Source: Lysobacterales bacterium
GTDB lineage: Bacteria; Pseudomonadota; Gammaproteobacteria; Xanthomonadales; Rhodanobacteraceae
Direction of reading: 5' to 3'
NCBI GenBank assembly: GCA_038215995.1
Contig: JBBQQL010000001.1
Span: 15,514 to 79,513, forward strand
DNA: 64,000 nt
Below, piece after piece: positions 60,547 to 64,000 of the stretch. The translations under genes and the position numbers were made by a program. The first letter of the stretch is position 1; every line of letters begins with the position of its first letter. The notes below the pieces were generated by a model. That model saw only the letters and a program-made list of their open reading frames with translations. It had not been told where the DNA came from and did no database searches.

Positions 60547-62046
60547 ATGACACCGCACGTTGAATCTTCTGCCGCCGTGGCGCGGCCTGTGACGCGACGC
60601 GCACTGACCATGGCGGCGATCCTGGCAACCATGTTCATGGTTGCGATCGAGGCGACCATCATCGCGACCGCGATGCCGCAGATCGTCGGTGATCTGGGTG
60701 GCTTGAAGATTTACAGCTGGGTATTCGCGTCCTTCCTTTTGACCCAGACGGCCGCCACCGTGGTGTTCGGAAAGCTGGCCGATGTCTACGGCAGGAAGCC
60801 CGTGATCCTGCTTGGCATAAGCGTCTTCCTGGTGGGTTCCGTGCTGTGCGGTTTCGCCTGGTCCATGCCGACGATGATCGGCTTTCGGCTTGTGCAGGGT
60901 CTCGGCGCCGGCGCAGTGCAGCCAGTCGCACTGACCATTGTGGGCGACCTCTTCCCAGCGCGCGAGCGCGGCAAGGTGCAGGGCTATCTGGCCAGTGTCT
61001 GGGCTGTCTCTGCATTACTGGGACCGCTGACTGGTGGCTTTATCGTGCGCGACTTCTCCTGGTCGTGGATCTTCTGGATGAACGTACCCATCGGTCTGCT
61101 GGCCGCTACGGGCTTTGTGCTGTTCCTGCACGAAGATGTGCGCGTCGAGCGGAAGCCCATCGATATCGCCGGGGCACTCCTGTTCACACTTTCGACCGGA
61201 GCTTTCATGATCATGCTCACCGAGGTCGCCAGGGCTGACTTCCGCGGGGCGGCCATCGTGGGTTCGATCTTCCTGTTCGGCAGTATCGCCTTCGTGTTGC
61301 AGGAGCGGCGCGCGGCGGATCCGATGTTGTCGTTTGCCCTGTGGAGTGCGCGCGCTATCGCGGCAACCAATGGTGTCGCGGTCCTTGCCAGCATGGCACT
61401 GATGGGGCTCACCTCGTTCCTGCCGATGTACGTGCAGGGCGTGCTGCATCGTTCGCCGGTGGTGGCCGGGCTCACGCTGACGATGATGATGGTGGGCTGG
61501 CCAGCCGGCGCCATGGTTGCAGCACGCACGTTCCCTGCTGCCGGACTTCGCCGCCTGCTGATTGCGGGCGGTGCGCTGATCCCGATTGGAGCCATCGCCT
61601 TTTTGCTGCTTACACCGCGCAGCTCGCCGGTACAGGCGGGCCTGGGCTCGCTCGTCATGGGCTTTGGCATGGGTTTGGTGAGCGTCAGTTCGCTGGTGCT
61701 TATTCAGGAAGTCGTGCCGTGGCAACGGCGCGCTAGTGCAACTGCATCCAACATGTTTTCTCGCAATCTCGGCAGTGCACTCGGTGCGACCCTGCTCGGT
61801 ACGGTGCTGAACTTCGGGATCCGCCATTCCGACGGCTCGCGGTCTGTCACCTTCGAGGAACTGGAACGATTTTTTGTTACCGCGAGCCACGATGGCAAGC
61901 AGCTCGTCGACGCCGCCGCCACTTCCACACTCCAGCACGCCCTGCATCTGACGTTTGTTGCGATGTTGATGCTGTCAGCCTTTATCGTCATTCTCGCGGT
62001 CGCGGTGCCAGACGTACAGCTCAAGCAGGATCAGGATGACAAGTAA
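60547..62046 (+). CDS. MFS drug:H+ antiporter (DHA2/EmrB-like)
   Basis: IEATIIATAMPQI, GKLADVYGRKP, RERGKVQG, WIFWMNVPIG; about 14 TM. Confidence 0.92.
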   Translation: MTPHVESSAAVARPVTRRALTMAAILATMFMVAIEATIIATAMPQIVGDLGGLKIYSWVFASFLLTQTAATVVFGKLADVYGRKPVILLGISVFLVGSVLCGFAWSMPTMIGFRLVQGLGAGAVQPVALTIVGDLFPARERGKVQGYLASVWAVSALLGPLTGGFIVRDFSWSWIFWMNVPIGLLAATGFVLFLHEDVRVERKPIDIAGALLFTLSTGAFMIMLTEVARADFRGAAIVGSIFLFGSIAFVLQERRAADPMLSFALWSARAIAATNGVAVLASMALMGLTSFLPMYVQGVLHRSPVVAGLTLTMMMVGWPAGAMVAARTFPAAGLRRLLIAGGALIPIGAIAFLLLTPRSSPVQAGLGSLVMGFGMGLVSVSSLVLIQEVVPWQRRASATASNMFSRNLGSALGATLLGTVLNFGIRHSDGSRSVTFEELERFFVTASHDGKQLVDAAATSTLQHALHLTFVAMLMLSAFIVILAVAVPDVQLKQDQDDK

Positions 62047-62312
62047 CCCGGCCTCTGGCGGCAACACGAAAGACAGGGCCAGGTTCGCTTCCGCGCGAGG
62101 GATAAATGAACCTGATCCCGCTTTGGCGAGCCACGTATCAGCCTGCCGTTTCGCGTGCACGGACGCTCGCCGGGAGCCTGAAACAAGCGACGAGCCCTGT
62201 GCTCGCCGTCTCCTGCGCGAATATCCCATGGAGGATTCGGGCGCTTGTGTGACGCAAGCCGTGCCACTCCTGTTGCCCGGATCTCGAGACTTTCCAAAGC
62301 GCGTCCCCGCCA

Positions 62313-62753
62313 TCAAACACGAACGACCCAGATGCCGACCAGCGCGGCGAATGCCACCAAGATCAGCGAGCCGTTGATACCGACCAGAAGCCAAGGTGGT
62401 AACCGGCGGATATCGGGACGAGGTGCCGGGGCACCGGCGTCCCACTCGCGCCATACCCCCGCCATGAAGCAGAAGGCGCTGAACAGGATCATCAGGGAAC
62501 CCGTGGCGCTGCCCAGCCACGGATCCACCACATCCTTCAGCAGGGCTTTGGCGCCCACACCGGCCGCCAGTGCCGAGAGTCCGGTCCGGACCCAGGCCGC
62601 ATAGGTCCGTTCGGCGGCCAGTATCGTGCGGTCTGCGGCAAGTTCCGTCCGACGGTAGGCACTGTCGGTTTGCTGTAGCGCACTCTCTTTCAGCCCGCTT
62701 GCGCTCTCGTCGAGCGTGGCTTGTACGTGATCCGCTTTGGAGGCATCTGTCAT
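62313..62753 (-). CDS. DUF202/YidH-family membrane protein
   Basis: RTELAADRTILAAERTYAAWVRTGLSAL. Confidence 0.85.
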   Translation of the reverse strand: MTDASKADHVQATLDESASGLKESALQQTDSAYRRTELAADRTILAAERTYAAWVRTGLSALAAGVGAKALLKDVVDPWLGSATGSLMILFSAFCFMAGVWREWDAGAPAPRPDIRRLPPWLLVGINGSLILVAFAALVGIWVVRV

Positions 62754-62918
62754 GCCGCGATGCTCGCAATGAGGCCGTTGAACGGGATCAGGAAGCCGCT
62801 TCAGGATCATGATCCATCGCCGTTGTGTCACGAATAGAGCGCAGCAAGTGAGGCCGGCTCCGTGACGGCTCTCTGTCCCGCTGTCCGCGGTCAAAATGCT
62901 GCGCTGCCGTGCTGGCGG

Positions 62919-63698
62919 TCAGACCTGCACCTGCCCACCATCGACGAACAATTCGGTGCCGGTGATGTAGCTGGCCTCGTCCGACGCCAGGAACGACACC
63001 GCACTGGCGATCTCGTCCGGCTTGCCGGTGCGTCCCAGCGGCGTGATGGCCGCGGCCTGGGCGTCGAACTGCGCGATCTGCTCGTCGTTCATGCCCAGCT
63101 CGTTCTTGTACGCGGGCGTGACCACGGTGCCGGGCGCCACGATGTTCACGCGGATGCCGCTGCCCTTGAGGTCGGACGCCCAGGTGCGGGTGAACGAACG
63201 CAGGGCCGCCTTGGTGGCCGCATAGACGCCGAACGCCGGCGCACCCTTGACCGACGTGATCGAGCCGGTGATGACGATGGCCGCACCGGGCTTCATCAGC
63301 GGCAGCGCCTTCTGCACCGTGAACAGCGTGCCTTTGACATTGATGTCGAAGTACTTGTCGAACTGCGCCTCGGTGATGGCGCCCAGCGGCGCGAACTCGC
63401 CGCCACCGGCGTTGGCGAACAGGATGTCCAGCCGGCCGTGCCGCTCGCCGATGGTGGCGAAGATGCGGTCCAGGTCCGCGGCCACCGCGATGTCGCCGCG
63501 GATCGCGATGGCCTTGTCGCCGATGTCCGCCACGGCGGCATCCAGCTCGCCCTGGCGGCGGCCGGTGATGTACACCGCGGCGGCGCCTTCCTGCACCAGC
63601 CGCTGCGCGGTGGCCAGGCCCAGGCCCGAGCTGCCGCCGGTGACCAGCGCGATCTTGCCGGCATGCCGGGTGGCGTGGATGTTGTCGAGGGTCTTCAT
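62919..63698 (-). CDS. Short-chain dehydrogenase/reductase
   Basis: VTGGSSGLG, FANAG, YAATK, GIRVNIVAPG, YITGTELFVDGG. Confidence 0.95.
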   Translation of the reverse strand: MKTLDNIHATRHAGKIALVTGGSSGLGLATAQRLVQEGAAAVYITGRRQGELDAAVADIGDKAIAIRGDIAVAADLDRIFATIGERHGRLDILFANAGGGEFAPLGAITEAQFDKYFDINVKGTLFTVQKALPLMKPGAAIVITGSITSVKGAPAFGVYAATKAALRSFTRTWASDLKGSGIRVNIVAPGTVVTPAYKNELGMNDEQIAQFDAQAAAITPLGRTGKPDEIASAVSFLASDEASYITGTELFVDGGQVQV

Positions 63699-63835
63699 GA
63701 TCGATCTCCGGTGGTGATGAGTTATCGCGGCGAAAGCACATCCTATTGCTGCAGATGGCGTGGATAAATACGGCTAACGTAGTTTCTTTATTTCGTTGGG
63801 GAGATAATCAACGTCCATCACGCGGAGCCAACTCC

Positions 63836-64000
63836 ATGGATCACCTGCAGGCCATGCGCGCCTTGGCGCGTGTCGTGGAGAGTGGCAACGTCGTGCGCGC
63901 GGCCAAGTCGCTGCAGATGCCGGCAGCCACGCTCAGCAAGGCGATCCAGGCGCTGGAAACGCATCTCGAGGTCCGGCTGCCCGAACCCAACACCCGGCGG
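63836..64000 (+). CDS. LysR-family regulator (3' partial)
   Basis: MDHLQAMRALARVVESG..RAAKSLQMPAATLSKAIQALETHL; divergent from the SDR gene. Confidence 0.85.
   Translation, partial: MDHLQAMRALARVVESGNVVRAAKSLQMPAATLSKAIQALETHLEVRLPEPNTRR

Overview
High-GC bacterial chromosome segment. Gene order (pstB-phoU, sugE/rlmB/rnr, tRNA-Leu, stand-alone gcvP) and protein style suggest a Xanthomonadales/Rhodanobacteraceae-like gammaproteobacterium; this is inference, no search was run. The first ~12 kb is core genome, with a guanidine-II riboswitch and a glycine riboswitch. The rest is accessory: regulator/enzyme modules, four c-di-GMP enzymes, transporters, secreted hydrolases, and a probable low-oxygen cluster with two FNR-type boxes. 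At least six genes carry premature stops, frameshifts or deletions. The most notable locus is 53235-53942, a two-gene module resembling P. aeruginosa Tse2 toxin (R/S/H residues kept) and Tsi2 immunity, with no secretion genes in the window. It lies in a variable region (49.9-56.9 kb) that also holds a membrane-anchored pilin-domain fusion, a decayed orphan Imm11-like gene and several REP/MITE-like palindromes. No transposase, integrase, CRISPR array or rRNA was recognised. Several start codons were re-assigned by eye relative to the ORF track.
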